Shown here one piece after another: positions 18,317 to 28,344 of a stretch of 64,000 nucleotides of DNA. Made by a program: the position numbers and the translations under genes. Each line of letters starts with the position of its first letter. Position 1 is the stretch's first letter. The notes under the pieces are model-generated. The model did not search any database. It had not been told where the DNA came from and saw only the letters and a program-made list of their open reading frames with translations. This DNA is from Gemmatimonadales bacterium UBA2989 (GTDB taxonomy: Bacteria > Gemmatimonadota > Gemmatimonadetes > Longimicrobiales > Gaopeijiaceae), in contig DEAF01000010.1 of assembly GCA_002346625.1 (NCBI GenBank), forward strand, positions 9,601-73,600, given 5' to 3'.

Positions 18317-19951
18317 TTAGTTTTCATCGATCCCAAATTTCTTGATCTTACGGTATAGAGTACGCTCGCCAATGGCGAGCAACTCTGCCGCTTTACGCCG
18401 ATTTCCTCCTACTTTAGCCAGCGCCATAGAGATTGCTTCTCTTTCAAGGTCATCCATGGTCATTCCTGATTCATAAATAACCGAACTAGGTTGAATCACT
18501 TCTGAATCTTCAATATCGCGCGAAATCTCTGAATATGACTTATCTGTTCCTTCTGCTACCCATTCGTCTCCTAAAGATTTGTCTCGATGTCTTACCTTAA
18601 TCTCCAGATTTTCATCATCCACAGAGTAATTTTCAGTAGTAGATGAAATGACTGCATTTTTATCCCTATATAAGTCAAACTCCTTCCTAAGGTCATCTAC
18701 ATCCATACGAAGATCGACAAGGGTACGAAAAATGAACTCCAGCTCAGGTCTCAACCCTGGCCCAGTAGTAATATCAGTAGACTGAGAGCTTCCCTGATCA
18801 ATGGGTATTAGTGCACCTAAACTCTTATCTATACTGCGAATTTCCTTAGGAATATCTTTGGGTAGAACTTCTCGGCCAGGAGCTAGGACTACCATACTCT
18901 CTATAAGGTTGTGAAGCTCACGAATGTTTCCAGGCCAATGATATTCCTGTAATATCTTCATCGCCTCTGAAGAAATGCCTTCGAACGTACGATCCAGACG
19001 AGCACAGGCATCCTCAATAAAAGTTTCGACCAGAATAGGTATGTCTTCCCAGCGTTGTCGAAGCGGAGGGAGTTCAATATGGAGAACGTTTAACCGATAG
19101 TATAAATCTTTCCTGAACTGGCCTACAGATACTAGTTGCTTCAAATTTTGATTTGTAGCTGCAACTATACGAACATCAACATTAATAACAGATTCCCCAC
19201 CAACTTTATGAAACTCTTTCTGTTCCAGAACACGAAGGATTTTGGTCTGGGTGGTCAGGGGCATCTCACCAATCTCATCTAGAAATATCGTACCACCATT
19301 TGCAAGCTCAAAGAGGCCTTGCCTAGAATCAATCGCTCCGGTGAAAGACCCTTTTTCGTGACCGAAAAGTTCACTCTCTAATAACGTATCAGAAAGAGCA
19401 GCCACATTAACAGGTATAAACGGTTGATGCCTTCTAGGAGAGAGATGATGGATGCCTCGGGCAATTAGTTCTTTGCCCGTACCAGACTCTCCTGTAACAA
19501 GGACAGTAGAACTTACTGGTGCAAATTGAACTACTCTTTCCAACGCTTCCTTCATAGCATCTGTCTCACCCACAATACCGGCCATGGCTTGCAGGTTCCG
19601 ACGCTCGATAACTGAACGAGCCACAAAAACCAATTCATCAGCTCTAGTATCTGGTGTGAACACCTCTGTATACTCACTGGAAAAACTGGATATAGATTCG
19701 ACATCCTCAGTGATAGCAAAAACAGGTGCTTGGGACAAAACACGAGCTTGCTCACTAAGATCGTAGGCAGAACGAGAATCAGATTGAGCAGTGATTATTA
19801 GAAGTTGTATTGGCACTTCACTGCTTACATCTTCTCCCGGGGTCACTAGATCAACCGTATATCCAGATTCCTCTAAGACAGTTCGTATTTCTCCTGCACG
19901 CCCTAAGTCATGGGTTGATACTAAAACCCTACCTTGGATATCAGAACTCAT
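18317..19951 (-). CDS. Sigma-54-dependent transcriptional activator (bEBP) with degenerate N-terminal receiver-like domain and Fis-type HTH
   Basis: AAA+ core with Walker A GESGTGKE, sigma-54 contact loop GSFTGA (GAFTGA variant) and Walker B IFLDEIGEM. C-terminal HTH: AAELLAIGERTLYRKIKK. The N-terminal ~120 aa are receiver-like but lack the usual acidic pocket. Confidence 0.9.
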   Translation of the reverse strand: MSSDIQGRVLVSTHDLGRAGEIRTVLEESGYTVDLVTPGEDVSSEVPIQLLIITAQSDSRSAYDLSEQARVLSQAPVFAITEDVESISSFSSEYTEVFTPDTRADELVFVARSVIERRNLQAMAGIVGETDAMKEALERVVQFAPVSSTVLVTGESGTGKELIARGIHHLSPRRHQPFIPVNVAALSDTLLESELFGHEKGSFTGAIDSRQGLFELANGGTIFLDEIGEMPLTTQTKILRVLEQKEFHKVGGESVINVDVRIVAATNQNLKQLVSVGQFRKDLYYRLNVLHIELPPLRQRWEDIPILVETFIEDACARLDRTFEGISSEAMKILQEYHWPGNIRELHNLIESMVVLAPGREVLPKDIPKEIRSIDKSLGALIPIDQGSSQSTDITTGPGLRPELEFIFRTLVDLRMDVDDLRKEFDLYRDKNAVISSTTENYSVDDENLEIKVRHRDKSLGDEWVAEGTDKSYSEISRDIEDSEVIQPSSVIYESGMTMDDLEREAISMALAKVGGNRRKAAELLAIGERTLYRKIKKFGIDEN

Positions 19952-19953
19952 CT

Positions 19954-20445
19954 TTAGTCTGCCAATTTATGATGTACAGTATTGCCTTTTATAAGATCAA
20001 CCACGTGTGACAAGATCCCCTCCAGAACTTTTAGGCCGTCCCGGACACCCCCAGGGCTTCCAGGGAGATTAGCCACAAAAGTTTTCCCTCGTGAACCAGC
20101 GAGTCCCCGTGAAAGCACGGCACTGGGAACCTCTGGAAGGCCATTTCGTCGCATAGCTTCAGCCAATCCTGGTGCTTCTTTATCAAGCACAATCCTAGTC
20201 GCCTCAGGAGTAACGTCTCTAGGTGAAAATCCAGTGCCACCAGTTGTTAGCACCACATCAACCTCTCCAGAGTCAACCCATGTCACAAGCTGAGACACGA
20301 TTTCTTGGATCTCATCGGCAACAATTATTCGATCTACAATTTCATAACTGAGTCTTACGCACCATTTTGCAATAATATCTCCACTCTTATCATCACGTTC
20401 GCCTTTGAAACAACCATCACTAACAGTCAAAATAGCTATTCTCAT
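19954..20445 (-). CDS. mog: Molybdenum cofactor biosynthesis protein MogA/MoaB family
   Basis: MRIAILTVSDG N-terminus and TTGGTGFSPRD motif. I moved the start from the track's 20514 to the ATG at 20445, which has an AAGG SD and removes the 50-nt overlap with gcvT. Confidence 0.85.
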   Translation of the reverse strand: MRIAILTVSDGCFKGERDDKSGDIIAKWCVRLSYEIVDRIIVADEIQEIVSQLVTWVDSGEVDVVLTTGGTGFSPRDVTPEATRIVLDKEAPGLAEAMRRNGLPEVPSAVLSRGLAGSRGKTFVANLPGSPGGVRDGLKVLEGILSHVVDLIKGNTVHHKLAD

Positions 20446-20464
20446 AACCTTGATTCCACATCGC

Positions 20465-21574
20465 TCAGCGACGTACTGACCCTCCCTTATAGAAAGGCAA
20501 GCTCTGCACAACACCCGAAATCACTTTATTCCTCACCCGGATTCCAAGATTAGTACCCGGTATAGATAAATTGCTAGGCACATAACCCATTGCAATGCCA
20601 TAACCTAAAGTAGGGCTTAAAGTACCACTCGTGAGTTTTCCAACTTCTTCATTATTGTGCACAATAGGATATCCAGGACGTGGAAAGCCACGTTCTGTGA
20701 GTTTTATCCCTACCAGCTGACAGGACACACCATCTTTAGTCTGTCTGACAAGAACATCCCGGCCTAAAAAATCTTTTTTGTCCAGCTTAACTAACCAACC
20801 TAAACAGGACTCTAGTGGAGTGTGATCAGTATCCAGATCATTACCATAGAGGGCGAACCCCATCTCTAGACGTAGAGAGTCACGAGCCCCGAGACCAGCA
20901 GGTCGGATACCTATATTTTCCCCAACTTCTAAGAGCTTATTCCACATTGCAACAGCATCGCTTGACGCTACATATATTTCAAACCCATCTTCACCAGTGT
21001 ATCCAGTACGACTAATGATTACTGAATGACCTCCGACATATCCTTCAATGAAACGATAGTACCTTAGTTCATCAATTCTTACATCTGTTAATGAGACAAT
21101 GATTTCATGAGATCTAGGACCTTGGAGTGCAATAAGAGCAATATCCTCAGATTGATCTTCAAGCTTCAATTCCAAGCCATCAGCATTACGATTCAGCCAA
21201 TCCCAATCCTCATATCTACGCGAAGCATTTACAACAAGCATGTATTGATCTCTCATACGATATATGAGGAAGTCATCGATAATCCCGCCATTCTCAAGGC
21301 AAAGTGCGGTATATTGGCATTGGCCTACCTCTAGGTTTGACGCATCGTTAACACTAACCTTTTGTATAAAATCCAAAGCTTGAGGACCCCAAGCCTTAAA
21401 TTCTCCCATATGTGATGCATCAAATAGTCCGGCTGCCATGCGCACAGCTTCATGCTCAACTATGATCCCGTCCTTATAGTGAACAGGCATCTCGTATCCT
21501 GCAAAAGGAACCATCTTACCACCAAGTGCAATGTGCTCATGGTACAGTGGCGTCCGCTTCAGAGTATCTTCCAT
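20465..21574 (-). CDS. gcvT: Glycine cleavage system aminomethyltransferase (T protein)
   Basis: N-terminus TPLYHEHIALGGKMVPFAGYEMPVHY, and the GcvT fold is recognisable along the full 369 aa. Confidence 0.93.
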   Translation of the reverse strand: MEDTLKRTPLYHEHIALGGKMVPFAGYEMPVHYKDGIIVEHEAVRMAAGLFDASHMGEFKAWGPQALDFIQKVSVNDASNLEVGQCQYTALCLENGGIIDDFLIYRMRDQYMLVVNASRRYEDWDWLNRNADGLELKLEDQSEDIALIALQGPRSHEIIVSLTDVRIDELRYYRFIEGYVGGHSVIISRTGYTGEDGFEIYVASSDAVAMWNKLLEVGENIGIRPAGLGARDSLRLEMGFALYGNDLDTDHTPLESCLGWLVKLDKKDFLGRDVLVRQTKDGVSCQLVGIKLTERGFPRPGYPIVHNNEEVGKLTSGTLSPTLGYGIAMGYVPSNLSIPGTNLGIRVRNKVISGVVQSLPFYKGGSVRR

Positions 21575-21773
21575 TTTAACTAGGATCCGAATTTCTGAAA
21601 TCGTTAAATCGTTAATATGAGACTACGAATAACCTGTTAGAATAATTAATTATTAGAAAAAATAAGGTATCACAAGGAATATACCCTGGGTAGAGTTTCC
21701 AGCCATTATGGCAGTCTAGCACAACTACCTAGAAAAATAAAATCAATCCAATATAGTTTTTAACAACAAACAA

Positions 21774-22712
21774 TTAGGATCGTGGATGAGCTTCACGATA
21801 TACCTTAAGAAGCCTTTCCTTGGAAGTGTGAGTGTACAATTGAGTGGTGGACAAAGATTCGTGGCCAAGTAACTCTTTTACAGCCATCAAATCAGCTCCA
21901 GCATCTAAAAGATGAGTGGCAAAACTGTGACGGATTGAGTGTACACTCAATCCATCTCCAATAGCTGCATCGTTCAGAAGACTCCTTACAACCTTCTGGA
22001 TAGATCGTCTTGAGAGCCTCTGACCCTTGGGATTAAGAAAGAGAGCTTCCTCATATAGGGATCTGGATTTCTCGGCAACCTCTTTACGAAAAGGAAAGTA
22101 CCGATCCAAAGCTCGATCCGCCGCACTCGTTAGAGGAATAATACGTTCCTTTTTCCCTTTGCCCATAACTTTGAGTTGGTTCCTTGAAGAGTCGACATCG
22201 AGGACATTCAAACCATGGATTTCTGCTAACCTTATACCACTTCCATATAGGAGTTCAAGGATTGCTAGATTCCTTGTACCATGATGTGTTTGTTCGGCCG
22301 CTTTTTTCTCTGCCACTGTAAAAACAGGCATTAAATCAGATTTGCTGACGTGTCCAGGAAGTTTCTTGTCAAGTTTAGGAGTATGAAGAGTTCGGGTAGG
22401 ATCCACACTAATCTGCTCTTCAAGATTAAGAAAGCGATAGAAAGTTCTTACAGCAGAAAGTTTTCTTGCCACTGTACGCCTTCCAAGACCCTTGCGTCCA
22501 CACCATCCCATAAAACCACGCAAATCTAGGCGGTCTATCCCAGACCAATGCCATTTACGTCCACCAATATGTTCGTCCAAAAATGTAATAAGATCGGTAA
22601 TATCTTTTTGATAGGATATCACAGTACGTGGAGAGAGATTACGTTCGTGCTCAAGATAGCGGAGGAATTTCATGACGTTTTGATCCATCTTAGCACTCAA
22701 ATGTCTTATCAC
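21774..22712 (-). CDS. xerC: Tyrosine recombinase XerC/XerD family
   Basis: Catalytic set GIRLAE (Arg), HSIRHSFATHLL (H-x-x-R...H) and LGHESLSTTQLYTH (Tyr). It overlaps trmFO by 4 nt, in the topA-trmFO-xerC context. Confidence 0.85.
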   Translation of the reverse strand: MIRHLSAKMDQNVMKFLRYLEHERNLSPRTVISYQKDITDLITFLDEHIGGRKWHWSGIDRLDLRGFMGWCGRKGLGRRTVARKLSAVRTFYRFLNLEEQISVDPTRTLHTPKLDKKLPGHVSKSDLMPVFTVAEKKAAEQTHHGTRNLAILELLYGSGIRLAEIHGLNVLDVDSSRNQLKVMGKGKKERIIPLTSAADRALDRYFPFRKEVAEKSRSLYEEALFLNPKGQRLSRRSIQKVVRSLLNDAAIGDGLSVHSIRHSFATHLLDAGADLMAVKELLGHESLSTTQLYTHTSKERLLKVYREAHPRS

Positions 22713-24055
22713 CCTATGGACATTTCAATAGAAGAATATGATCGGCCCGCTATACCGTTAGACTTCATCCAATTTTCAAAATCCAAAGTAGCTCTCTCAG
22801 CTAACATCTCCCGCTTCTGATTCTTGTTTTTTACAGGCTTGTCCAGAGGATCGACCAATCCCCAATTAGAGTTCATAGGCTGAAAACTTGAAGGGTCACT
22901 ATCTCTAAGGTATCTATACAAACCCCCTATCATAGTTGTAGGGGGAGGAATTACATCTTTTTTACCCGAAAGCAACCTAGTGATATTGATACCTGCTAGT
23001 ATACCACTTGCAGCAGACTCTGTATAACCTTCTACTCCCGTGAGTTGCCCAGCAAATATAAGGTTCGGATATTCTTTTAAAGAACCATAAGGAGTCAGAC
23101 AGCTGGGAAAGTTAAGATAAGAATTGCGGTGGATTGATCCCCACCTTAGAAATTCGCAATTGGCAAGTCCAGGAATAAGCCTAAATACCTTTTTCTGCTC
23201 TCCAATGCGGAGCCTGGTCTGAAAGCCAACTAAATTCCACATCTGTCCAGCTCGGTCTTCACGTCGCAACTGAACTACAGCGTAAGGACGCTTTCCACTA
23301 CGAGGATCAACGATCCCGATAGGTTTCATAGGACCAAAGCGAAGTGTGTCTTTACCCCTAGATGCCATAACCTCGACAGGCAAACAACCTTCAAAATAAG
23401 GAACCGCATCCCAATCGTGACTCTCACTCACATCTGCTCCGACTAGAGATTCGACAAACTCTAAATAATCCTCTTTAGACATGGGACAGTTGAGATAATC
23501 ATTGTCTTCTTCAAAACGACCTCCCTTAAAAACAACTTTACTGTCCAGAGAATCATGATGAATTATCGGTGCGATAGCATCGTAAAAAAATAGGCCTTGG
23601 TCACCTAAGGCCTTCCGAATATCATCGCTCAGTGAATCAGAAGTTAGAGGGCCAGTAGCAACTACGGCGGGTTCTTCCGGTAATTTAGTAAACTCTTTAC
23701 GAATAACTTCTATTTTGTTGTGTGAGGTGACCAACTTGGTCATGTTTTGTGCAAAAAGATTCCTATCAACAGCCAAAGCAGAACCCGCAGGTACACTTGT
23801 CGCATCAGCCGAATCGAGAAGCACGGAACCAAGTGCACGCATCTCTCTTTTAAGTTGTCCGTGTGCGTTAGTGGGATTTTTGCTTTTAAAAGAATTAGTA
23901 CAAACGAGTTCGCCAAGATTATCACTCTTGTGAGCTTCTGTTTTCCGTAACGGCCTCATTTCGCACAATGTGACAAAATATCCACGGCTTGCGATCTGTA
24001 AGGCGGCTTCACAGCCAGCAAGCCCACCCCCTACTACAATGACTCGATCCTTCAC
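22709..24055 (-). CDS. trmFO: Methylenetetrahydrofolate--tRNA-(uracil54-C5)-methyltransferase TrmFO (Gid)
   Basis: FAD-binding motif VVGGGLAGCEAA. 448 aa, with Gid/TrmFO-like sequence throughout. Confidence 0.9.
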   Translation of the reverse strand: MKDRVIVVGGGLAGCEAALQIASRGYFVTLCEMRPLRKTEAHKSDNLGELVCTNSFKSKNPTNAHGQLKREMRALGSVLLDSADATSVPAGSALAVDRNLFAQNMTKLVTSHNKIEVIRKEFTKLPEEPAVVATGPLTSDSLSDDIRKALGDQGLFFYDAIAPIIHHDSLDSKVVFKGGRFEEDNDYLNCPMSKEDYLEFVESLVGADVSESHDWDAVPYFEGCLPVEVMASRGKDTLRFGPMKPIGIVDPRSGKRPYAVVQLRREDRAGQMWNLVGFQTRLRIGEQKKVFRLIPGLANCEFLRWGSIHRNSYLNFPSCLTPYGSLKEYPNLIFAGQLTGVEGYTESAASGILAGINITRLLSGKKDVIPPPTTMIGGLYRYLRDSDPSSFQPMNSNWGLVDPLDKPVKNKNQKREMLAERATLDFENWMKSNGIAGRSYSSIEMSIG

Positions 24056-24085
24056 AATTCCTATACGATCCCGTTTAAAAAACAG

Positions 24086-26578
24086 TTAATTCTTACGACG
24101 CCTGCGACTACCGGACTTCTTTCTAATAGCTGCCTGAATAAGAAGTTCAACGGCCTCATCTATGGTTAAATCTTCAGGCTCTTTGCCTTTCCCTAGGCTA
24201 GCATTCACCTCTCCGTCAGTAACATAAGGACCATAACGACCAGAAATAACCTCCAGAACAGCGCCTGATTCAGGATGTATACCAAGCTCTTTAAGTACAG
24301 ATCTTCCAGGTTTCTTCTGATTTAAGAGTTGAACAGCTTCTTCGATATCTACTGTGAACACATGATCTTCCTTGGAAAGACTTGCAAATTTCTTTCCTCG
24401 ACGTACAAAGGGTCCATATCTCCCGATTCCGGCCACAACCTCTTCGCCGGAAACGGGATCTATACCTAAAGAACGAGGCAAGGAAAGCAGACGAAGAGCT
24501 TCATCAAGTTCTACATCTTCAATATTTTTATCTTTAGCAAGGCTAACTCTTTTAGGTTTTTCGCTATCTTTACCATCACCAAGTTGAACATATGGACCGT
24601 AAGGTCCTACCTTAACAAGTATGGGCATCCCCGTATCCTTGCCGCTATCCAAAACAATTTCCTCTGCAGGCCCATCCAGTGGACGAGTACCTGTACAATC
24701 AGGATACCCTGAACATCCTAGGAAACGACCAAAACGGTTCCAGCGAACTTGCATGGGACGTCCACAAACATCACAAGTCTCCCCTACTACTGCGAGAATC
24801 TCTTTGACTATTTCCTCAGTACGAGATTTGCCCTGTTCAAGTTGGATTTGAAAAGGTGGATAGAATTTACCAAGCAAGGCTTGCCACTGGAGATCCCCCT
24901 CTTCCACTCTGTCCAGTTCATTTTCCATTTTGCTTGTAAAATCCACATCAAAGATATTTGGGAAAACCCTACTAAGAAGCTGGGAAACCGTGTCTCCTAG
25001 GGGAGTTGGACAAAAGCGTTTTGCTTCCAAGTCTACATATCCACGATCCTGAATAGTGGAGATTATCTGGGCGTATGTAGATGGTCGACCAACTCCTAAT
25101 TTCTCTAATTCACGTACGAGTGAAGCCTCGCTAAATCGAGGCGGAGGTTGAGTGAAGTGTTGTTTAGGATTGATTGCTTCAAGAGCAGCTTGATCACCTA
25201 TATTCAGATCCGGTAGCGGATCCAGATCATCTAGACGACGATGTTCTCCATCCTCTGTAGCTTCAAGATATAGACGTGTGAATCCTTGAAACTTTACTAT
25301 AGATCCAGTAGACCTAAAAATATATTCTCGCCCACTAGCTCCTTTTAGATGAAAATCTACAGTAGTCGTATCATGAATAGCAGACGACATTTGGCTCGCC
25401 ACAAAACGAAGCCAGATTAGATCATACAGACGAGCCTCATCATGCCCTAAGAAAGATTTTATATCATTTGGATGTTCAGCCACATCAGTAGGACGAACCG
25501 CTTCATGAGCTTCCTGTGCACTTTTCTGCCGCTTCCCTGGCCATCGCCTTGGTTTATCAGGAAGATATTCATCACCTATATTTTCCTGAACCCATGTGCG
25601 AGCTTGATTAATAGCTTCGTCAGACACTCTCGTGGAGTCAGTCCTGATATATGTGATTAGGCCCACGGGGCCACGTTTTCCCAGTTCTACTCCCTCAAAA
25701 AGTCTCTGGGCAATAGTCATAGTTCGTCTTGCAGAGAAACCAAACCTCTTAGCGGCTTCCTGTTGGAGCGTAGACGTAGTAAAGGGTGGGGTTGGATTCT
25801 TCCTACGCTCTCTTCTCTTAACATGAGTTACACGAAAATCAAGTTTTTTGACTTCCCTAACTACTTCTCCTGCCAATTCTTCGTTACCCAGGGTAAAAGA
25901 ACTGCCATCTATCTTGTGCAACTTTGCCTCGTAGGATCGACCGTCTGCTACCTGGGTAGAATCATCCATTTCGTGGAGAACAGCTGTGACAGACCAATAC
26001 TCTGTAGAATCAAAAGCTTGGATTTCACCTTCACGTTCACAGATAAGCCTCAGAGCGACTGTCTGGACACGCCCGGCCGAAAGTCCTGGACGAATTGGTT
26101 TCCACAAGAAAGGGCTGACTTGATAGCCTACCAATCGATCCAAAATCCGACGAGCCTGTTGTGCTTCCACCTTATGCATATCCAACTGCCCTGGATTTTC
26201 TAAAGCTTGTTGCACAGATTTTTTAGTGATTTCCCAGAAATTTACCCTTTGAAATCGTCCTTCGTTTTCCTCTATGCCGAGTTGATGTGCCACATGGTAA
26301 GCGATAGCCTCCCCTTCCCGGTCCGGATCAGTTGCAAGTATGATATTACTCGCTTTCTTAGCCTTTCCCTTTAACTCCTTTATAATCTTACCTTTACCCT
26401 GGATTGTGACGTATTTCGGTTCAAAACCATCATCTACATCCACACCCAATTCTTTCTTTGGAAGATCACGCACATGGCCCACTGAAGCGGCAACGTCATA
26501 GTCACTCCCCAGATAACTACTAATAGTTCTTGCCTTTGCAGGAGATTCCACTATGACTAAGTCTTTAGCTTTGAGCAT
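24086..26578 (-). CDS. topA: DNA topoisomerase I
   Basis: Toprim motifs VIVESPAKA and DPDREGE. Active-site Tyr in TYIRTDS. One C4 zinc ribbon (CDVCG...C..C) and C-terminal GRYGPYV-type repeats. Confidence 0.97.
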   Translation of the reverse strand: MLKAKDLVIVESPAKARTISSYLGSDYDVAASVGHVRDLPKKELGVDVDDGFEPKYVTIQGKGKIIKELKGKAKKASNIILATDPDREGEAIAYHVAHQLGIEENEGRFQRVNFWEITKKSVQQALENPGQLDMHKVEAQQARRILDRLVGYQVSPFLWKPIRPGLSAGRVQTVALRLICEREGEIQAFDSTEYWSVTAVLHEMDDSTQVADGRSYEAKLHKIDGSSFTLGNEELAGEVVREVKKLDFRVTHVKRRERRKNPTPPFTTSTLQQEAAKRFGFSARRTMTIAQRLFEGVELGKRGPVGLITYIRTDSTRVSDEAINQARTWVQENIGDEYLPDKPRRWPGKRQKSAQEAHEAVRPTDVAEHPNDIKSFLGHDEARLYDLIWLRFVASQMSSAIHDTTTVDFHLKGASGREYIFRSTGSIVKFQGFTRLYLEATEDGEHRRLDDLDPLPDLNIGDQAALEAINPKQHFTQPPPRFSEASLVRELEKLGVGRPSTYAQIISTIQDRGYVDLEAKRFCPTPLGDTVSQLLSRVFPNIFDVDFTSKMENELDRVEEGDLQWQALLGKFYPPFQIQLEQGKSRTEEIVKEILAVVGETCDVCGRPMQVRWNRFGRFLGCSGYPDCTGTRPLDGPAEEIVLDSGKDTGMPILVKVGPYGPYVQLGDGKDSEKPKRVSLAKDKNIEDVELDEALRLLSLPRSLGIDPVSGEEVVAGIGRYGPFVRRGKKFASLSKEDHVFTVDIEEAVQLLNQKKPGRSVLKELGIHPESGAVLEVISGRYGPYVTDGEVNASLGKGKEPEDLTIDEAVELLIQAAIRKKSGSRRRRKN

Positions 26579-26587
26579 TATAACAAT

Positions 26588-27139
26588 CTATTCTTGATCT
26601 TTTTGATCTATAACGATATTCATGATTTTCGTAGCTAAGTTAGAAGTATAGCAATTATCTGAGTTTAGGGTTATTTGTGCTCTTCCGTATAGGTCTTCAC
26701 GTTGTTCTAGTAACTTTATAGCACTACCTAAAGGATCTTCACCTTCCAGCATAGGACGAGTCGGCCCTCCGCTAGATGCACGTTTAACTGCAACCTCAGG
26801 TGATACTCGCAACCAAATACTGAGGGTGCCATCAGGTACACACTCCCAGTTTCCTGGTCTCGATGGCCAACCACCCCCACTGGATAAAACAACCTGTTCT
26901 TCTTGGAACAACTCCAGGGCCAAATCTGACTCGAGTTTTCTAAAGTGCTCTTCGCCATCTCGACAGAATATCTCTGAGATCGTCACCCCGGTCCTGTCCT
27001 CTATAATAGAATCGAAATCGTGAAACTTCCATTCCAGTAAATTTGCTAATTCTTGTCCTACACTAGTTTTTCCGCTAGCCATAAATCCAACAATTAAAAT
27101 GCGGCGAATAGGATCAACGGCTACCATACCCACGCTCAC
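26588..27139 (-). CDS. aroK: Shikimate kinase
   Basis: P-loop GFMASGKTS. 183 aa. The start overlaps the 3' end of aroC by 26 nt. Confidence 0.85.
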   Translation of the reverse strand: MSVGMVAVDPIRRILIVGFMASGKTSVGQELANLLEWKFHDFDSIIEDRTGVTISEIFCRDGEEHFRKLESDLALELFQEEQVVLSSGGGWPSRPGNWECVPDGTLSIWLRVSPEVAVKRASSGGPTRPMLEGEDPLGSAIKLLEQREDLYGRAQITLNSDNCYTSNLATKIMNIVIDQKDQE

Positions 27140-28322
27140 TTAGATATGTAACGTAGGAATCGAAGTTGCGACGAAGCTCACTCATGGAGTCTCCTCCAAA
27201 TTTCTCGAGAAACGCTTCCGTAATAACAATGGCAACCATGGCTTCGCCCACTACAGCTGCAGCAGGAACCGCACACACATCACTTCTTTCAACAGCTGCA
27301 TCCGCAACAGATCCATCACGCATATCCACACTGGGCAAGCGTTTACGTAATGTGGAGATAGGCTTCATCGCTGCTCGTACAACTAGCTGTTCTCCTGTCG
27401 TCACGCCCCCCTCTAAACCTCCAGCTCTATTGGATGTGCGTCCGATACCACCAGATCTACTAGCTTCCTCTCTGGCAACTATTGGATCATGTACTTGTGA
27501 GCCTGGATACCGTGTCCCTTCAAAACCCATCCCAATCTCCACCCCCTTGATGGCATGTATAGACATTACTGAGCCGGCTAAACGACCATCGAGCTTAGCA
27601 TCGTAGGACACATAGCTACCTAAACCAACTGGAAGTCCCTGAACAACAACCTCAAATATTCCTCCGAGTGTGTCTCCATCCTCTTTAGCCTGATCAATAG
27701 TTTCCATCATTTTAATCGCAGCATCGTTATCTAATGTGCGTAGTGGAGAATCATCCACAGCTTTGTTAATATCTTCAGGGAATTCGGAAGGAGCTTGGGC
27801 ATTCACTGATCCTATAGATGTAACATGGCTCCCGATACTTACACCAAATTGTGACAAAAGAGTTTTACAAACAGCGCCACAAGCTACTCTGGCAGCGGTT
27901 TCACGAGCACTAGCACGCTCAAGGATATCACGTGTATCACGACGATCATACTTAAGCAGACCTACTAGGTCAGCATGCCCAGGCCTCGGTAAATAAAGAG
28001 CCTTCAGAGCTTTAGGATTACCATCAGGATCAGGTGGTAACGGAGACATCGCCTCTTGCCAATTTTCCCAATCCCGATTCCAGATGATCATGGAAATCGG
28101 AGATCCAATAGTTTCCCCTAAGCGTACCCCCGAAATAAGTTCAGCTTGATCTGATTCTATCTGCATACGACGTCCACGTCCGTACCCGCCTTGACGTCGC
28201 TTAAGCTCAGGGTCCACATCTCGCTTCATTTCTAGAGGTAACCCTGCAGGAATCCCTTCCAGAATCGTAGTGAGTCCACGACCATGCGACTCTCCTGAAG
28301 TACGGAATGAAAAAGATTTCAT
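27114..28322 (-). CDS. aroC: Chorismate synthase
   Basis: SGESHG N-terminal motif and RPGHAD motif. 402 aa. SD AGGAG lies 8 nt upstream. Confidence 0.95.
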   Translation of the reverse strand: MKSFSFRTSGESHGRGLTTILEGIPAGLPLEMKRDVDPELKRRQGGYGRGRRMQIESDQAELISGVRLGETIGSPISMIIWNRDWENWQEAMSPLPPDPDGNPKALKALYLPRPGHADLVGLLKYDRRDTRDILERASARETAARVACGAVCKTLLSQFGVSIGSHVTSIGSVNAQAPSEFPEDINKAVDDSPLRTLDNDAAIKMMETIDQAKEDGDTLGGIFEVVVQGLPVGLGSYVSYDAKLDGRLAGSVMSIHAIKGVEIGMGFEGTRYPGSQVHDPIVAREEASRSGGIGRTSNRAGGLEGGVTTGEQLVVRAAMKPISTLRKRLPSVDMRDGSVADAAVERSDVCAVPAAAVVGEAMVAIVITEAFLEKFGGDSMSELRRNFDSYVTYLSERGYGSR

Positions 28323-28344
28323 ATGATTGGCTCCTGAGCATTAT

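Noticed and set aside
20446-20514. N-terminal 23-codon extension of the mog ORF (MLCRACLSIREGQYVAERCGIKV)
   Set aside because: It overlaps the 3' end of gcvT by 50 nt. The internal ATG at 20445 has an SD and gives the family-typical MRIAILTVSDG start.
21575-21773. Possible glycine riboswitch upstream of gcvT
   Set aside because: Reading the minus strand, I could not find the conserved GGAGAG...ACCGAAGGGGCAA...CUCUGGAGAG cores or tandem aptamer organisation. Only a small palindrome and the tandem octamer are present.
21774-22712. Tyrosine recombinase as a marker of a prophage or integrative element
   Set aside because: It is translationally coupled to trmFO in the conserved topA-trmFO-xerC housekeeping context. 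Both flanks are core genes, and no attachment-site repeats or phage or cargo genes are nearby.
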